The notes: generated by a model from the sequence alone, not told the origin. A DNA stretch of 64,000 nucleotides from Patescibacteria group bacterium (GCA_041649475.1 JBAZNA010000001.1:878594-942593), one strand, 5' to 3'. Shown: positions 40,462 through 51,256, counted from the first letter of the stretch. Program-made: numbers and translations.

Positions 40462-41160
40462 ATGGATAATTTTGACAAAAAATATGTCCTGCGGGTCAAA
40501 GATATGCCCAGCGAAGACCGGCCGCGGGAAAAAATGGTTGAACTCGGCGCGGCGGCTTTAACGTCACAGGAGCTGTTGGCTGTGATGCTCACCACCGGCA
40601 CCAAAAAAGAAGAAGTCATGGCCATGGCCAACCGCATTTTAAAGGACTACGGCGAAAAAGCGATTGCCGCCCAGAAAGATCCCAAGACCGTTGCCAAAGA
40701 ATTTGATTTACCTTTAATAAAGGCCTGCCAAATTGTGGCTTGTTTTGAACTGGGCCGCAGATTTTTCAAAGAGGCAAAAATCGGATTGGCCACCATCCGC
40801 ACGGCCAAACAGGCGTTTGAATATCTAAAAGACATGCGCGAACTGCCCAAAGAACACTTGCGCGGCATTTATTTAAACAGTCACTTCAGAGTTATTCACG
40901 ACGAAACCATTTCCGTAGGCAGTATGACCGCCAATATCGTGCATCCGCGCGAGGTGTTTAAGCCGGCCATTGAGCACGGCGCCGTCGCCTTAATAATTGC
41001 CCACAACCACCCGTCCGGCAGCACCAAACCGACACAATCTGATATTGATATCACCGAACAACTGGTTAAAGCCGGAAAAATCTTGGGCATTGACCTGCTT
41101 GACCATATCATCATCGCCAAAAATAAATTTGCCAGCGTTCCCGCCAGCTATGAATCATAA
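40462..41160 (+). CDS. radC: RadC-family JAB/MPN domain protein
   Basis: HNHPSGSTKPTQSDIDIT motif; N-terminal helix-hairpin-helix region. Confidence 0.8.
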   Translation: MDNFDKKYVLRVKDMPSEDRPREKMVELGAAALTSQELLAVMLTTGTKKEEVMAMANRILKDYGEKAIAAQKDPKTVAKEFDLPLIKACQIVACFELGRRFFKEAKIGLATIRTAKQAFEYLKDMRELPKEHLRGIYLNSHFRVIHDETISVGSMTANIVHPREVFKPAIEHGAVALIIAHNHPSGSTKPTQSDIDITEQLVKAGKILGIDLLDHIIIAKNKFASVPASYES

Positions 41161-41456
41161 AAACAATAAAAAATACGCCATCACCGGCGCGGATCGAATT
41201 TTTTTATTCCATGACATTGATGAAAAAAATCCGCGACCGCAAAGAATCAAGAGAATAAAATTTCATGTTGAACAGGACGACTATTTTGGCACCCTGGCCG
41301 CAATTTTGAATTTGCTCACCGAAGATGAAACCACGCCTAAAAATGCGCCAAACAAAAAACTTTTAGAAAAGCTCGTTGAGGACTTAAATTTTCTTCAGGA
41401 CAATTTTAAGATAATCAAAAAATAAAACCTGCGGTCTGTGCCCGGAGGTTTTTTTA

Positions 41457-42242
41457 TTACCTAAAATCATCCGCGAAGAATTCATAGCCGCCGATTAAAG
41501 TCGGGGTTGAAAGAAAATACCAGATAATCACGTCGTCCAACGGGAAAATCTTTCCAAACAGATTAAAGCTGTAAAAATATTGACCCGGCCACCACCAGCT
41601 GCCAATTTGCAAAGAGATCACTTCATAAATAAAAAACACCACCGCAAAAAACAACGTCGGCAGGATGGTTTTTTTAAGCAATTTAGGATTTTTATAAAAA
41701 ATAAGTATTGACGGGATAATTAAAACCGGCACTGACATCAAAAAATAATTGGCGGTGATTAAATTTTTGTTAAAATAATACAGTCCATAAACAAAAGCCG
41801 ACAACACTATAAATAAACCGATGATATATTTAATATTCTTTGAAATCTTTTTGTTTTTATCTTTATCAACAAAATATTCATAAAAACAAAGTACCCAGAA
41901 AAAATTTAAAAACGCGAACAGCATGTTCTCCAGCGGAACCAACCCGAACGGTCTGCCAAAAATTGACTGCACATCCCAAACATTGGCCAGTCGCGTGGCC
42001 AATTCAATCGGCGGGGCAAAAAGAATCACGGCCAGCAGGGAAAAAAGCAAAACCTTGGTTCGAGAATTTTTCAGCCAGATAAAATTAGCGATGCTGGGAG
42101 GAACCAACACGATCAAAATTGAATAAAGATAATATGGACGGAAAATAAAAACCGCCAGACAAGCCAGCCAAAAATAAACAAATAAATAAATTAATCTTTT
42201 TTTCTTAACGTCAAACACCATAACCCCTAAATTATACCCCAA
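41457..42242 (-). CDS. Polytopic membrane protein
   Basis: 261 aa; at least six hydrophobic helices; function unknown. Confidence 0.45.
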   Translation of the reverse strand: MGYNLGVMVFDVKKKRLIYLFVYFWLACLAVFIFRPYYLYSILIVLVPPSIANFIWLKNSRTKVLLFSLLAVILFAPPIELATRLANVWDVQSIFGRPFGLVPLENMLFAFLNFFWVLCFYEYFVDKDKNKKISKNIKYIIGLFIVLSAFVYGLYYFNKNLITANYFLMSVPVLIIPSILIFYKNPKLLKKTILPTLFFAVVFFIYEVISLQIGSWWWPGQYFYSFNLFGKIFPLDDVIIWYFLSTPTLIGGYEFFADDFR

Positions 42243-42298
42243 AAACTATCCCCGGCATAGTTGACTTAATTTTTCTGCAATGATAAATTATAAAGGTA

Positions 42299-42378
42299 TA
42301 TATAGATATAAACTCATTCGTTCGGAAAAGTTAAAGAAAGCTTTAACTTTTCTCTCACTCATTTCGATTATGAATAAA
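42299..42378 (+). repeat. Copy (c) of the B-hairpin-A leader module; motif A ends in the ATG of a 28-codon ORF
   Basis: agatataaactcattcgttcgg / aaaagttaaag-aaa-gctttaactttt / ctcactcatttcgattATG. Confidence 0.55.
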
Positions 42379-42456
42379 GCAAACAACAACCACTGGTATT
42401 TTATTAAGAATCTGTTCGTCTACGCGAAAAGCGGCGGTGGTTTGTTGTGTGTATAA
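42370..42456 (+). CDS. Possible 28 aa small ORF (MNKANNNHWYFIKNLFVYAKSGGGLLCV) launched from motif A
   Basis: Its start codon sits in the same position relative to motif A as those of proS and the trpS-operon leader gene; it ends ~20 nt before the cassette hairpin. Confidence 0.25.
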   Translation: MNKANNNHWYFIKNLFVYAKSGGGLLCV

Positions 42457-42478
42457 ATGTTCATGAAAACACAGAAAT

Positions 42479-42501
42479 CCCGCCTCGCAGGCGGGGTTTT
42501 T
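42479..42501 (+). terminator. Hairpin CCCGCCUCGCAGGCGGGG plus U5 (insulator in front of the Cys-rich cassette)
   Basis: 7 bp GC stem with a 4 nt loop and a T-run. Confidence 0.5.
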
Positions 42502-42539
42502 AGTTAATATCGCTCTTTCCACATACATGGAGGCCAACC

Positions 42540-43085
42540 ATGAAGTCAGCGGCGGCGGGAATCAAAGTGCGCATGGATGACGGGCACCCGGAATGGGTGG
42601 ATCCCGAAGTCAGCCACACTCAAGAGTTTACGCTCATACCGCCTGCTCTTGAACAGGCGGAGACAAGCCCCAAAACCATCATCCTGTACTGTGAATACTG
42701 TGACAACCTGACTCGGCACCGTGAATTCGATCAGAAGGAGCCGAAGTACAAACCGGTTCGCTGCGGATTCAAGCTGGTGTGGGCACGGGCAACCTGTCTA
42801 AAGTGTGGTTCAATCTACCCGGAGATCTACACTCCGAAGATCGTCCATCTGTACTGCCCCAAGTGCGATCCCGCGGGCGAACGGAAGGTGAAGTATTTCA
42901 AGGTTGAGCCCGGTTATCCCCATCCCCCGCGCACGGAAAGCAATAACTACATCCTGCTTGAACCGAACGCGGTGTGTATGGAGTGCGGATCAGTTGATTA
43001 CAGTTTCACCCAGCTCAAACTGCCGGATGAAAACGTCGTCAGCTTGACCGACCAGATTGACGCCGCCACAGTGCGCAAAATCTGA
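42540..43085 (+). CDS. Cys-rich protein with four CxxC pairs (two predicted zinc ribbons), GC-rich cassette
   Basis: 181 aa; GGAGG-N7-ATG; CEYC, CLKC, CPKC and CMEC motifs. Confidence 0.55.
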   Translation: MKSAAAGIKVRMDDGHPEWVDPEVSHTQEFTLIPPALEQAETSPKTIILYCEYCDNLTRHREFDQKEPKYKPVRCGFKLVWARATCLKCGSIYPEIYTPKIVHLYCPKCDPAGERKVKYFKVEPGYPHPPRTESNNYILLEPNAVCMECGSVDYSFTQLKLPDENVVSLTDQIDAATVRKI

Positions 43086-43124
43086 TGTCTTCAGACAATG
43101 CGCCGAACAGGCCGACAGGCCACA

Positions 43125-43155
43125 GAACACCTACGGGGGAAGGTGTTCTTTTTTT
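43125..43155 (+). terminator. Intrinsic terminator GAACACCU-acggggga-AGGUGUUC plus U7
   Basis: 8 bp perfect stem and T7. Confidence 0.6.
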
Positions 43156-43198
43156 AATATTGACGAAATAAAATAAAGCTATACTATACCTATATAGT

Positions 43199-43564
43199 AT
43201 GATATCAACAAAACTTGCTCAAGCGGTCATAAATCCAAACCAGCCCATACCGACGGACAACCCCGTAGTCACCGGCTTAAACATATTCGGCCTTTTTTCG
43301 GGCCTAGGCACGGCCGATCTGCGGTTGGTCATTGCCAACCTAATTAGATTGGCTTTGGGTTTTATTGGTATAATAATGATGATAATGATTATTTGGGGCG
43401 GATTCTTATGGTTAACCGCCGGCGGCAATGACGACCAAACCGCCAAAGCCAAGGGCACACTGGTCAACGCCATCATCGGCCTCGTCATTATTCTGACCGC
43501 CAACAGTATTGTCATGTATCTTATCAGCGCCTTAACCGTCTCAACCGGCGCGCCGCTTTTATAA
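43199..43564 (+). CDS. Small hydrophobic membrane protein, TrbC/VirB2-pilin-like architecture
   Basis: 121 aa; two long transmembrane helices separated by a GG..NDD loop. Confidence 0.4.
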   Translation: MISTKLAQAVINPNQPIPTDNPVVTGLNIFGLFSGLGTADLRLVIANLIRLALGFIGIIMMIMIIWGGFLWLTAGGNDDQTAKAKGTLVNAIIGLVIILTANSIVMYLISALTVSTGAPLL

Positions 43565-43581
43565 ATATACCCAATAAATAT

Positions 43582-43839
43582 ATGTCCGAAACCTTTAAAC
43601 AAAAAGTTTTAAAAATCGTTTCCAAAATTCCCAGAGGTTCGGTTTTGACATACAAAGAAGTGGCGACTCGTGCCGGTAGCCATAAGGCCTTCCGGGCGGT
43701 TGGAAATATTTTACACGCCAATCATAACCCCAAGATACCCTGCCATCGCGTGATTGGCTCTGATGGCAAAATGCATGGCTTTAATCGCGGTATTAACACC
43801 AAAATCCGACTCTTAAAACAAGAAGGTCTGACATTCTGA
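43582..43839 (+). CDS. MGMT/Ogt C-terminal DNA-binding domain protein (single domain, retains PCHRV Cys)
   Basis: 85 aa; IPCHRVIGSDG active-site motif. Confidence 0.65.
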   Translation: MSETFKQKVLKIVSKIPRGSVLTYKEVATRAGSHKAFRAVGNILHANHNPKIPCHRVIGSDGKMHGFNRGINTKIRLLKQEGLTF

Positions 43840-43957
43840 CGTCTATTGACAAAATTTACCCTATTTTATATACTTGGGGCATAAAAATCTATGTGGGACC
43901 CCGGCCATCCGGGGGTTTGCACCACTAACAGACCCGCTTTAGCGGGAATTACAAATT

Positions 43958-44638
43958 ATGTCTAAAAGAATGGATGCCCTAAGGGCAAAGGTAGACGCGA
44001 ATAAGGTTTATTCAATTGACGAAGCTATTAAATTAGCCAAAGAAACTTCCGGCGTAAAATTTGACGCCACCGTAGAAGTCCATGCCAACCTGGGCATTGA
44101 CACCAAAAAAACCGAACAACAAGTCAGAGCCACCGTGGTTCTGCCCCATGGCACCGGCAAAAGCAAAACGGTAGCCGCCTTTGTGTCCGCTGAAAAAGAA
44201 AAAGAGGCCAAAGAAGCCGGCGCTGATTTTATTTACGGCGAAGAAGAAATTAAAAAAATAAAAGACACCGGCAAAATTGAATTTGAAGTGGCCGTCACCA
44301 CTCCGGACATGATGCCTAAATTGGCTTCCATCGCCAAGGTGCTCGGCCCTAAGGGTTTGATGCCAAACCCAAAAACCGATACCGTTGGCCCAAACATTAA
44401 AAAAATGATTGAGGAACTGAAAAAAGGAAAAGTCACTTTCAAAAACGACGACACCGCCAACATTCACCAGGCAATCGGCAAAGCCAGCTTCTCCGAAGAA
44501 CAGCTTAAGGAAAACTTGAACGCATTTTTAGACGCCCTAAAGAAAGCCAAGCCGGCCACGGCCAAAGGCACGTTTATCAAAAACCTGGTTCTGTCCTCAA
44601 CTATGGGACCGGCGATTAAACTCACCGCCTCTGCCTAG
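43958..44638 (+). CDS. rplA: Ribosomal protein L1
   Basis: 226 aa; the L1 fold pattern is present; stand-alone gene (no L11/L10 alongside). Confidence 0.9.
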   Translation: MSKRMDALRAKVDANKVYSIDEAIKLAKETSGVKFDATVEVHANLGIDTKKTEQQVRATVVLPHGTGKSKTVAAFVSAEKEKEAKEAGADFIYGEEEIKKIKDTGKIEFEVAVTTPDMMPKLASIAKVLGPKGLMPNPKTDTVGPNIKKMIEELKKGKVTFKNDDTANIHQAIGKASFSEEQLKENLNAFLDALKKAKPATAKGTFIKNLVLSSTMGPAIKLTASA

Positions 44639-44682
44639 AATCATCCACCCCTAAAGGGGTGGTTTTTCAAAAATATGGCAAT

Positions 44683-45708
44683 ATGTTCATAATTGCTACC
44701 GTAGAAAAATATCTGCTGACACAAGATCGTATCAAAAAAATGTTACTCGCGGGTGCGGATGTAATCAGATTTAATTTCTCCTACCGGACCATTGAAGAAA
44801 ACATTAATTTTATAGCCATGGCCCAGCAGGCCATTGATGACCTGAACGCTTCCGCCAAAATTTTGATTGATTTTCCCTTAAATAAATTCCGGCTGGGTGA
44901 CTTTGAAGCAAAATTTTTACCGGTAAATGAAAATGATGAAATAATATTCAAATCCGGGACATATGTTGAAAATTGCCAGGACGGCGTTCCGGTCCAGGTG
45001 CCAAATTTAGGCGAAAAATTACAAATCGGTCAGACCATTACCATCGGCGATGGAGAAATTTCGGTTCAGGTTATTGAAATTATAGATAAAGAATCCGCCC
45101 GGGTAAGAGTTCTCAACAAAGGCCTGCTTCAATACATGAAAACATTTCATATTTTTAAAGAAATTGAAGAAGAAAAAATTTTACAAAACTACGCCGACAT
45201 AATCCGGGGCATAAAACATATCAATCCATACTATTTCGCAATTTCATATTTTAATCCGCAACTGCTGGAACGAATAATTGAACTGATATATAAAGAAGAT
45301 ATAAACCCAAAAATTATTTTAAGAATAGAAAACGAGATGGATGAAAACGAACTTGAAAAAATCTGCCAAACCAATAATTTCCACATGATTCTGATTGACC
45401 GGGGCGAACTGGGAGTCAACATGCCGTATTATAAAACCGGCACGCACCAGAAAAAAATTATTGCCATCGCCAAAAAATACAATAAGCCGGTCATCATCTC
45501 CACCCACATTCTGGAGAGCGCCATGAACAATTATATCCCCAACCGCGCCGAAATATTGGACATCACCAATAGTGTGATTGACGGCGTGGAGGGCCTGATG
45601 CTCTGCCGCGAAACCGCCACCAATGTCCGGCCGGCCTACATCATTTCCGTGGCCAAAAAAATCATTGCCGAAGCGGAAAAGTTCAAAAATCAAACCAGCC
45701 AGACCTAA
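44683..45708 (+). CDS. pyk: Pyruvate kinase, barrel domain only (no C-terminal domain)
   Basis: RFNFSY, IMVARGDLG-like MILIDRGELGV, PVIISTHILESAM and MLCRETA motifs; ~340 aa. Confidence 0.65.
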   Translation: MFIIATVEKYLLTQDRIKKMLLAGADVIRFNFSYRTIEENINFIAMAQQAIDDLNASAKILIDFPLNKFRLGDFEAKFLPVNENDEIIFKSGTYVENCQDGVPVQVPNLGEKLQIGQTITIGDGEISVQVIEIIDKESARVRVLNKGLLQYMKTFHIFKEIEEEKILQNYADIIRGIKHINPYYFAISYFNPQLLERIIELIYKEDINPKIILRIENEMDENELEKICQTNNFHMILIDRGELGVNMPYYKTGTHQKKIIAIAKKYNKPVIISTHILESAMNNYIPNRAEILDITNSVIDGVEGLMLCRETATNVRPAYIISVAKKIIAEAEKFKNQTSQT

Positions 45709-45785
45709 GGAAAGCCGCTGTTGCCAAACATCGGCTTTTTTGTTATGCTGAAAAGAGATTTTTACTTCTAAAATAAGCAAAAAAT

Positions 45786-46280
45786 ATGCCGGAAGAAGAA
45801 AAATACATCCGCCCCACCTGGGATGAATATTTTATGGAAATAATGAGGGCGGTTGCCAAAAGATCAACCTGTGATCGGGGTCGGGCCGGTTGTGTAATAG
45901 CCAAAGATAAACAGATACTTGTAACCGGTTATGCCGGTTCGCCCAAGGGTTTACCCCACTGTGATGATGTCGGCCACCAGATGAAAACCACTATTCACGA
46001 AGACGGACACCAAAGTCAACACTGCGTCCGCACTGCCCATGCCGAACAAAACGCCATTGTCCAGGCCGCCAAATTAGGAATTGCCATTGATGGGGGCACA
46101 ATGTATTGCCGAATGACTCCATGCGCGGTGTGCGCCAAAATGATTATAAATGCCGGAATAAAAAGAGTAGTTTGTGAAAAACAATATCATGCCGGAGCTG
46201 AAACTGAAGAAATGTTTAAACAAGTCGGCATTGAATTGGAATTTCTTGAAAAAACCCTAGAAGCTTATGCCAACCAATAA
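45786..46280 (+). CDS. dCMP deaminase
   Basis: Zn motifs HAEQNAI...PCAVCAKMI. Confidence 0.85.
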   Translation: MPEEEKYIRPTWDEYFMEIMRAVAKRSTCDRGRAGCVIAKDKQILVTGYAGSPKGLPHCDDVGHQMKTTIHEDGHQSQHCVRTAHAEQNAIVQAAKLGIAIDGGTMYCRMTPCAVCAKMIINAGIKRVVCEKQYHAGAETEEMFKQVGIELEFLEKTLEAYANQ

Positions 46281-46815
46281 AATAGTTTTTGTATTCTGTG
46301 GCCTAATGGCCAGCGGCAAAGATACGGCCGCCGAATATTTAGAAAAAAAATATAACGCCAGCATTTTCAGTTTCACCACCATGCTCAACGACGCTTTAGA
46401 CAGATTTTATCTTGAACACAATCGCGATAATCTGGTCAAAATGTCCGAAATTATCAGAAACGCATATGGAGAAGATGCGATGGCCAAAACAATGGGTAAA
46501 GATGTGGAAAACGCCGACAGCAATTTTATTGTTATCTCAAATGCCAGGCGTCTGGCTGACATAGAATATTTATCAAAAATGCCTAATTTTGTATTGATAA
46601 AAATAGAAGCTGACATAAAAACCAGGTACCAACGCCTTTCCACACGCAACCAGAAAGCCGACGACCAGACAAAAACATTCGAACAGTTCGTAGCCGACCA
46701 CCAACGATCAACCGAAGTAAGTATCTTGGAAATTATGAAACACGCCACCGTGACCATAAATAACGACGGCGATCTGGATAATTTGTATAAACAACTAGAT
46801 AATTTAATCAAATAA
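46267..46815 (+). CDS. T4 gp1-like deoxynucleoside-monophosphate kinase
   Basis: P-loop [17 protein letters not shown] (G..SGKDT is typical of T4 dNMP kinase). Confidence 0.55.
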   Translation: MPTNKIVFVFCGLMASGKDTAAEYLEKKYNASIFSFTTMLNDALDRFYLEHNRDNLVKMSEIIRNAYGEDAMAKTMGKDVENADSNFIVISNARRLADIEYLSKMPNFVLIKIEADIKTRYQRLSTRNQKADDQTKTFEQFVADHQRSTEVSILEIMKHATVTINNDGDLDNLYKQLDNLIK

Positions 46816-46825
46816 GTTAAAAGAT

Positions 46826-47755
46826 ATGAAACAATATCTGGACCTTCTACGTCACATCTACAATAATGGCACGGATAAAGATGACCGCACCGGAGTGGGT
46901 ACACGGAGTGTTTTTGGCTATCAAACACGATACAATTTGGCCGACGGTTTCCCCCTCCTTACTACCAAAAAAGTACACCTCAAATCTGTCATTATAGAAC
47001 TCCTGTGGTTTTTGCGCGGTGACACCAATATACAATTTCTGGTGCAAAACGATGTAAAAATCTGGAATGAATGGGCCTACCAAATTTATTTAGAAAAAAA
47101 TAACTTAGTAGATCAACTTCCCCGTTATTCTGAATCTTGGGAGGCAAAAAAAAATGAATTTATCACCCAAATAAAACAAAATGATGAGTTCGCCAAACAG
47201 TGGGGCGAACTTGGGCCAATTTACGGAAAACAATGGCGGTGTTGGGAAGCAAAAGATGGAAAAAAAATTGATCAGGTTAAAGAAGTCCTGGATCTTATTA
47301 AAAATGACCCCACTTCACGCCGTATCATCATCAGCGGCTGGAATGTGGGCGAAATCCAGGAGCTTATACGAAACCACCACCATGCGCCACCTCCATGTCA
47401 TACACTATTTCAATTTATGGTCGTCGGCGACAAATTGTCTTTGCAGATGTATCAACGAAGCGCCGACACTTTCTTGGGGGTACCTTTTAATATCGCTTCT
47501 TACGCTCTGTTTCTAATGATGGTAGCCCAGGTAAGCGGCTTAAAGGTGGGTGAATTTATACATACCATAGGTGATGCACATATATACCGCAATCACTTTA
47601 ACCAAGTAGAGGAACAGTTGGCGCGCGAACCCCGCCAATTACCTCAAATGAAAATCAACCCGGCGATAAAAGACATTTTCGGTTTTAAATATGAAGATTT
47701 TGAAATCATCGGCTACGAACCACACCCGCCCATAAAGGCCCCGATTGCCGTGTAA
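46826..47755 (+). CDS. thyA: Thymidylate synthase ThyA
   Basis: [16 protein letters not shown] and HTIGDAHIY motifs. Confidence 0.9.
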   Translation: MKQYLDLLRHIYNNGTDKDDRTGVGTRSVFGYQTRYNLADGFPLLTTKKVHLKSVIIELLWFLRGDTNIQFLVQNDVKIWNEWAYQIYLEKNNLVDQLPRYSESWEAKKNEFITQIKQNDEFAKQWGELGPIYGKQWRCWEAKDGKKIDQVKEVLDLIKNDPTSRRIIISGWNVGEIQELIRNHHHAPPPCHTLFQFMVVGDKLSLQMYQRSADTFLGVPFNIASYALFLMMVAQVSGLKVGEFIHTIGDAHIYRNHFNQVEEQLAREPRQLPQMKINPAIKDIFGFKYEDFEIIGYEPHPPIKAPIAV

Positions 47756-48230
47756 TATGTTTTCCATCATCGCCGCCGTGGCCAAAAACAACTGCATCGG
47801 AAAAAACAACAAAATCCCCTGGAGCATCCCCGAGGACTTTCAGTATTTTAAGAAAACTACCTTGGGCAAAACCTGTCTGATGGGGCAAAACACCTTTGAA
47901 TCAATCATGGGGTATTTAAACAAACCCCTGCCGGGAAGAAAAACCGCAGTTGTTACTCTTGATAAAAATTTTAAAGCGCCGGCGGATGTGCGTGTTTTTT
48001 ACTCTTTGGACGAGGCCCTGGAAAAATTGAAAGACGAAGACGTGTTTATCTGCGGCGGCGCCAGCATCTATCGCCAAACGATCAATAAAGCCGACTATTT
48101 GTATATCACCTGGGTCAATCAGGAACCGGATGGCGACGTTTTCTTTCCAACTATAGACCCGCAGATCTGGAAAGAAACCTGGCGGGAAGACCATGAAAAT
48201 TTTTCGTTTACAACATATAGTAAGATCTAA
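47745..48230 (+). CDS. folA: Dihydrofolate reductase
   Basis: [18 protein letters not shown] motif. Confidence 0.85.
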   Translation: MPCNMFSIIAAVAKNNCIGKNNKIPWSIPEDFQYFKKTTLGKTCLMGQNTFESIMGYLNKPLPGRKTAVVTLDKNFKAPADVRVFYSLDEALEKLKDEDVFICGGASIYRQTINKADYLYITWVNQEPDGDVFFPTIDPQIWKETWREDHENFSFTTYSKI

Positions 48231-48237
48231 CCAAAAT

Positions 48238-48942
48238 ATGTTCATCATGATTGATGGCATTGACGGCAGCGGTAAAAGCACCGTCATCAATACCTGGAAA
48301 GAATACTTAACCTCCCAAGGCAACGCCATTTTTGATCTCAAAGGATACTGGCAGGCCAACCACGAGTATCCTCCCCTGTCAGAATTAAAATCCTATGATT
48401 TTATCTTCAGCTGTGAACCGACTTACGCCGGTGTTGGCCGGGTAATCAGGGAAGAACTGATTAAAAACGGTAATAATTATCCGCCCCGGGCAATTGTGGA
48501 GGCGTTTTCTCTTGACCGGCTGGTGCTTTATGAAAAAATCATCATCCCTTTACTTCACGACAAAAAATTTATAATCCAAGACCGCGGCGTGAGCACATCA
48601 TTGGCCTACCAACACCTTCAGGATGAAAAATTTACCTTTGATTATTTAAGCGACATGCCGGGAAACAAGCTGGCTTTAACAAACCGGCCTGACCACCTGG
48701 TCTTGATGAATCTTTCAGCCGAAGAAGCAATCAAACGATTGCAAACCAGAATGGAAAAAGATGATAATGCCATCTTTGAAAAACTAGAATTTTTAAAAAA
48801 ACTAACCGGCGTGTATCGGTCGCCTGCATATCAGGACCTTTTTACCTCCCGCGGCTGCCAAATAAACAGCTTGAATGCAGAGGTAGAAATTGATATAATG
48901 AAGCAAGAAGCAATTAATTTATTAAAAAGCTTCTTAATTTAA
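48238..48942 (+). CDS. tmk: Thymidylate kinase
   Basis: IMIDGIDGSGKST P-loop. Confidence 0.85.
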   Translation: MFIMIDGIDGSGKSTVINTWKEYLTSQGNAIFDLKGYWQANHEYPPLSELKSYDFIFSCEPTYAGVGRVIREELIKNGNNYPPRAIVEAFSLDRLVLYEKIIIPLLHDKKFIIQDRGVSTSLAYQHLQDEKFTFDYLSDMPGNKLALTNRPDHLVLMNLSAEEAIKRLQTRMEKDDNAIFEKLEFLKKLTGVYRSPAYQDLFTSRGCQINSLNAEVEIDIMKQEAINLLKSFLI

Positions 48943-48946
48943 TAAT

Positions 48947-49705
48947 ATGCTAAAAACAGCCACCGAAATAATCAAAGACAGCTGGTCGGTTTACGCCAGA
49001 TCATTTAAAAAAATCTGGGTATATTTGTTGTTACTGCTCATCCCCACTTTGGCGCTTTCGGCTATTGGCACTCTGTCTCTCTATTTATCCGTCTATCTGC
49101 CTTCTTCAAATTTACCCGGGGAAATTATCACCTTCGTGGTCTTCGCGGCCAGTTTTGTGTTTACCCTCTGGGTTTCCATATCATTCTCCTTTGCCCTGCG
49201 TGATCTGATTTTAGGCCGCGAACCGGCTGATTGGAGAAATAATTTTGGCACATCAAGCAATTTAATCTGGCCGGTAATTTACACCAGCATCCTGGTAACT
49301 TTGATTGTTACCGGTGGCACGCTTTTGCTCGTTATTCCGGGTCTGATCTTCCTGGTCTGGTATAATTTTACTTTCTACAGCATCCTTTTTGAAGGACAAA
49401 AAGGCGTGTCAGCGCTGCGTGCCAGCAAGGCCTTGGTAGTTGGCAGATGGTGGCACATGGCCTGGAGAATTTTGGCGCCATGGATTTTATTCGGGGTTAT
49501 CGCCGGAATTGTCTCTTATATTTTATCAGCGCTGATCCAATATATCCCCCTGACGCCTTTGATCGCGACGATTGTTGAACGTGTTTTAGATACAGTAATT
49601 AACGTTTCCTTAGCGCCGCTCACTGCCGCCGCCACCATCATCTTATATTTCAGCGCCAAAGAAAACCCGGTCGGACAAACAGTGCAGCCGCCAGTCCAAC
49701 CATAA
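48947..49705 (+). CDS. Hypothetical polytopic membrane protein
   Basis: 252 aa; six predicted transmembrane helices. Confidence 0.45.
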   Translation: MLKTATEIIKDSWSVYARSFKKIWVYLLLLLIPTLALSAIGTLSLYLSVYLPSSNLPGEIITFVVFAASFVFTLWVSISFSFALRDLILGREPADWRNNFGTSSNLIWPVIYTSILVTLIVTGGTLLLVIPGLIFLVWYNFTFYSILFEGQKGVSALRASKALVVGRWWHMAWRILAPWILFGVIAGIVSYILSALIQYIPLTPLIATIVERVLDTVINVSLAPLTAAATIILYFSAKENPVGQTVQPPVQP

Positions 49706-49708
49706 CCT

Positions 49709-51229
49709 ATGCCTAAACTTATTCCCGTCATCGGCATGGAAATACATGTTGAGCTCAAGACCAAGAGCAAAATGTTTTGTTCCTGTAAAAACGATCCGGA
49801 CCGAACCGCGCCGAACACAAATGTCTGTGAAATTTGTCTGGCTCACCCGGGCACCCTGCCTGTGCCCAACAAATCGGCAATTGAGTGGACGGTAAAAATC
49901 GCCAAGGCCCTGAATTGTTTTATAAACCGCGACAGCAAGTTTGATCGCAAGCATTATTTTTATCCTGATCTGCCCAAGGCCTACCAGATTTCCCAATATG
50001 ACCAGCCCATTGGCGAGCATGGACACATACAATTAGAACATGAAGTTGGCATTACCCGCGTGCACTTGGAAGAAGATACGGCCAAACTGTCGCATGGCGC
50101 TGACGAAAATACTTTGGTTGATTTTAACCGCGCCGGCGTGCCGCTGGTAGAAATTGTTTCCGAGCCGGATATAGAAAACGCCACCGAAGCTAAGGTTTAT
50201 TGCCAGGAACTGCAAATGATTTTTAGATATTTGGGCGTAAGCGACGCTGATATGGAAAAAGGCCACATGCGCTGTGAGGCCAACATTTCCCTTCAGGAAG
50301 AAGGAAAATTTGAAAAAGACGCCGGCACGATTAAACCGATTGGAAAATATAAATTAAACCCGAAAGTGGAAGTAAAAAACATCAATTCTTTCCGCGCGGT
50401 TGAAAAAGCCATTGAATACGAAATCAAAAGACAAACCGAAATGATTAAAAAAGGCGAAACCTGGAAACAGCAAACCCGCGGCTGGGATGATCCCAAAGGC
50501 GAGACCGTTTTACAACGGGAAAAAGAAACTTCGGCCGACTACAGATACTTCCCGGAACCGGACATTCCCCCATTCCACCCCAATACAATTGCCGGCGACG
50601 TAAAATTGCCGGAATTGCCGCAGGCCAAACGCGCACGCTTTAGAAATGAATACGGATTTTCATTCTCTGACGCTGAAATTTTAACCGCCGACCAACATTG
50701 GGCCGGTTACACTGAAGAAGTCATGAGTGAACTCGTTGATTGGGTGCATAGCTTAAAAGAAAAAACCGATACTGATGAAATTTTACGCGATAAAAAACAG
50801 CAAATGGCACGCCTCGCCGGCGGCTGGCTGACCAGCAAACTGATGGGTATGATGGCCGAGCGAAAAATTGACATCCGAATTTTAAAATTGACTCCGGAAA
50901 ACTTTGCCGAACTTATCGCTTTGATCTACGCCAACAAAATTAATTCCACCAATGCCCAAAAATTACTGGCTGAAATGCTGGATTCCGGAGTGGACATGGA
51001 TCCAACCCATATTATGGAGGAAAAGGGCTACGGACAGATTAGTGATGAAAAAAAATTATCTGAAATTGTTGATGAAGTGATAAAAAATCACCCGGCGCAG
51101 GTTGAACAATATAAAAAAGGCAAAGAGCCGCTTTTACAATTTCTCAAAGGCATGGTAATGAAAGCCACTGAAGGCGGCGCTGATCCGCAGGTGGCGGAAA
51201 AACTTCTAAAGAAAAAATTAAAGAATTAA
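49709..51229 (+). CDS. gatB: Aspartyl/glutamyl-tRNA amidotransferase subunit B
   Basis: IGMEIHVELKT and the GatB_Yqey C-terminal domain. Confidence 0.9.
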   Translation: MPKLIPVIGMEIHVELKTKSKMFCSCKNDPDRTAPNTNVCEICLAHPGTLPVPNKSAIEWTVKIAKALNCFINRDSKFDRKHYFYPDLPKAYQISQYDQPIGEHGHIQLEHEVGITRVHLEEDTAKLSHGADENTLVDFNRAGVPLVEIVSEPDIENATEAKVYCQELQMIFRYLGVSDADMEKGHMRCEANISLQEEGKFEKDAGTIKPIGKYKLNPKVEVKNINSFRAVEKAIEYEIKRQTEMIKKGETWKQQTRGWDDPKGETVLQREKETSADYRYFPEPDIPPFHPNTIAGDVKLPELPQAKRARFRNEYGFSFSDAEILTADQHWAGYTEEVMSELVDWVHSLKEKTDTDEILRDKKQQMARLAGGWLTSKLMGMMAERKIDIRILKLTPENFAELIALIYANKINSTNAQKLLAEMLDSGVDMDPTHIMEEKGYGQISDEKKLSEIVDEVIKNHPAQVEQYKKGKEPLLQFLKGMVMKATEGGADPQVAEKLLKKKLKN

Positions 51230-51256
51230 AACAGACCCCGAGAGGGGTCTGTTTTT

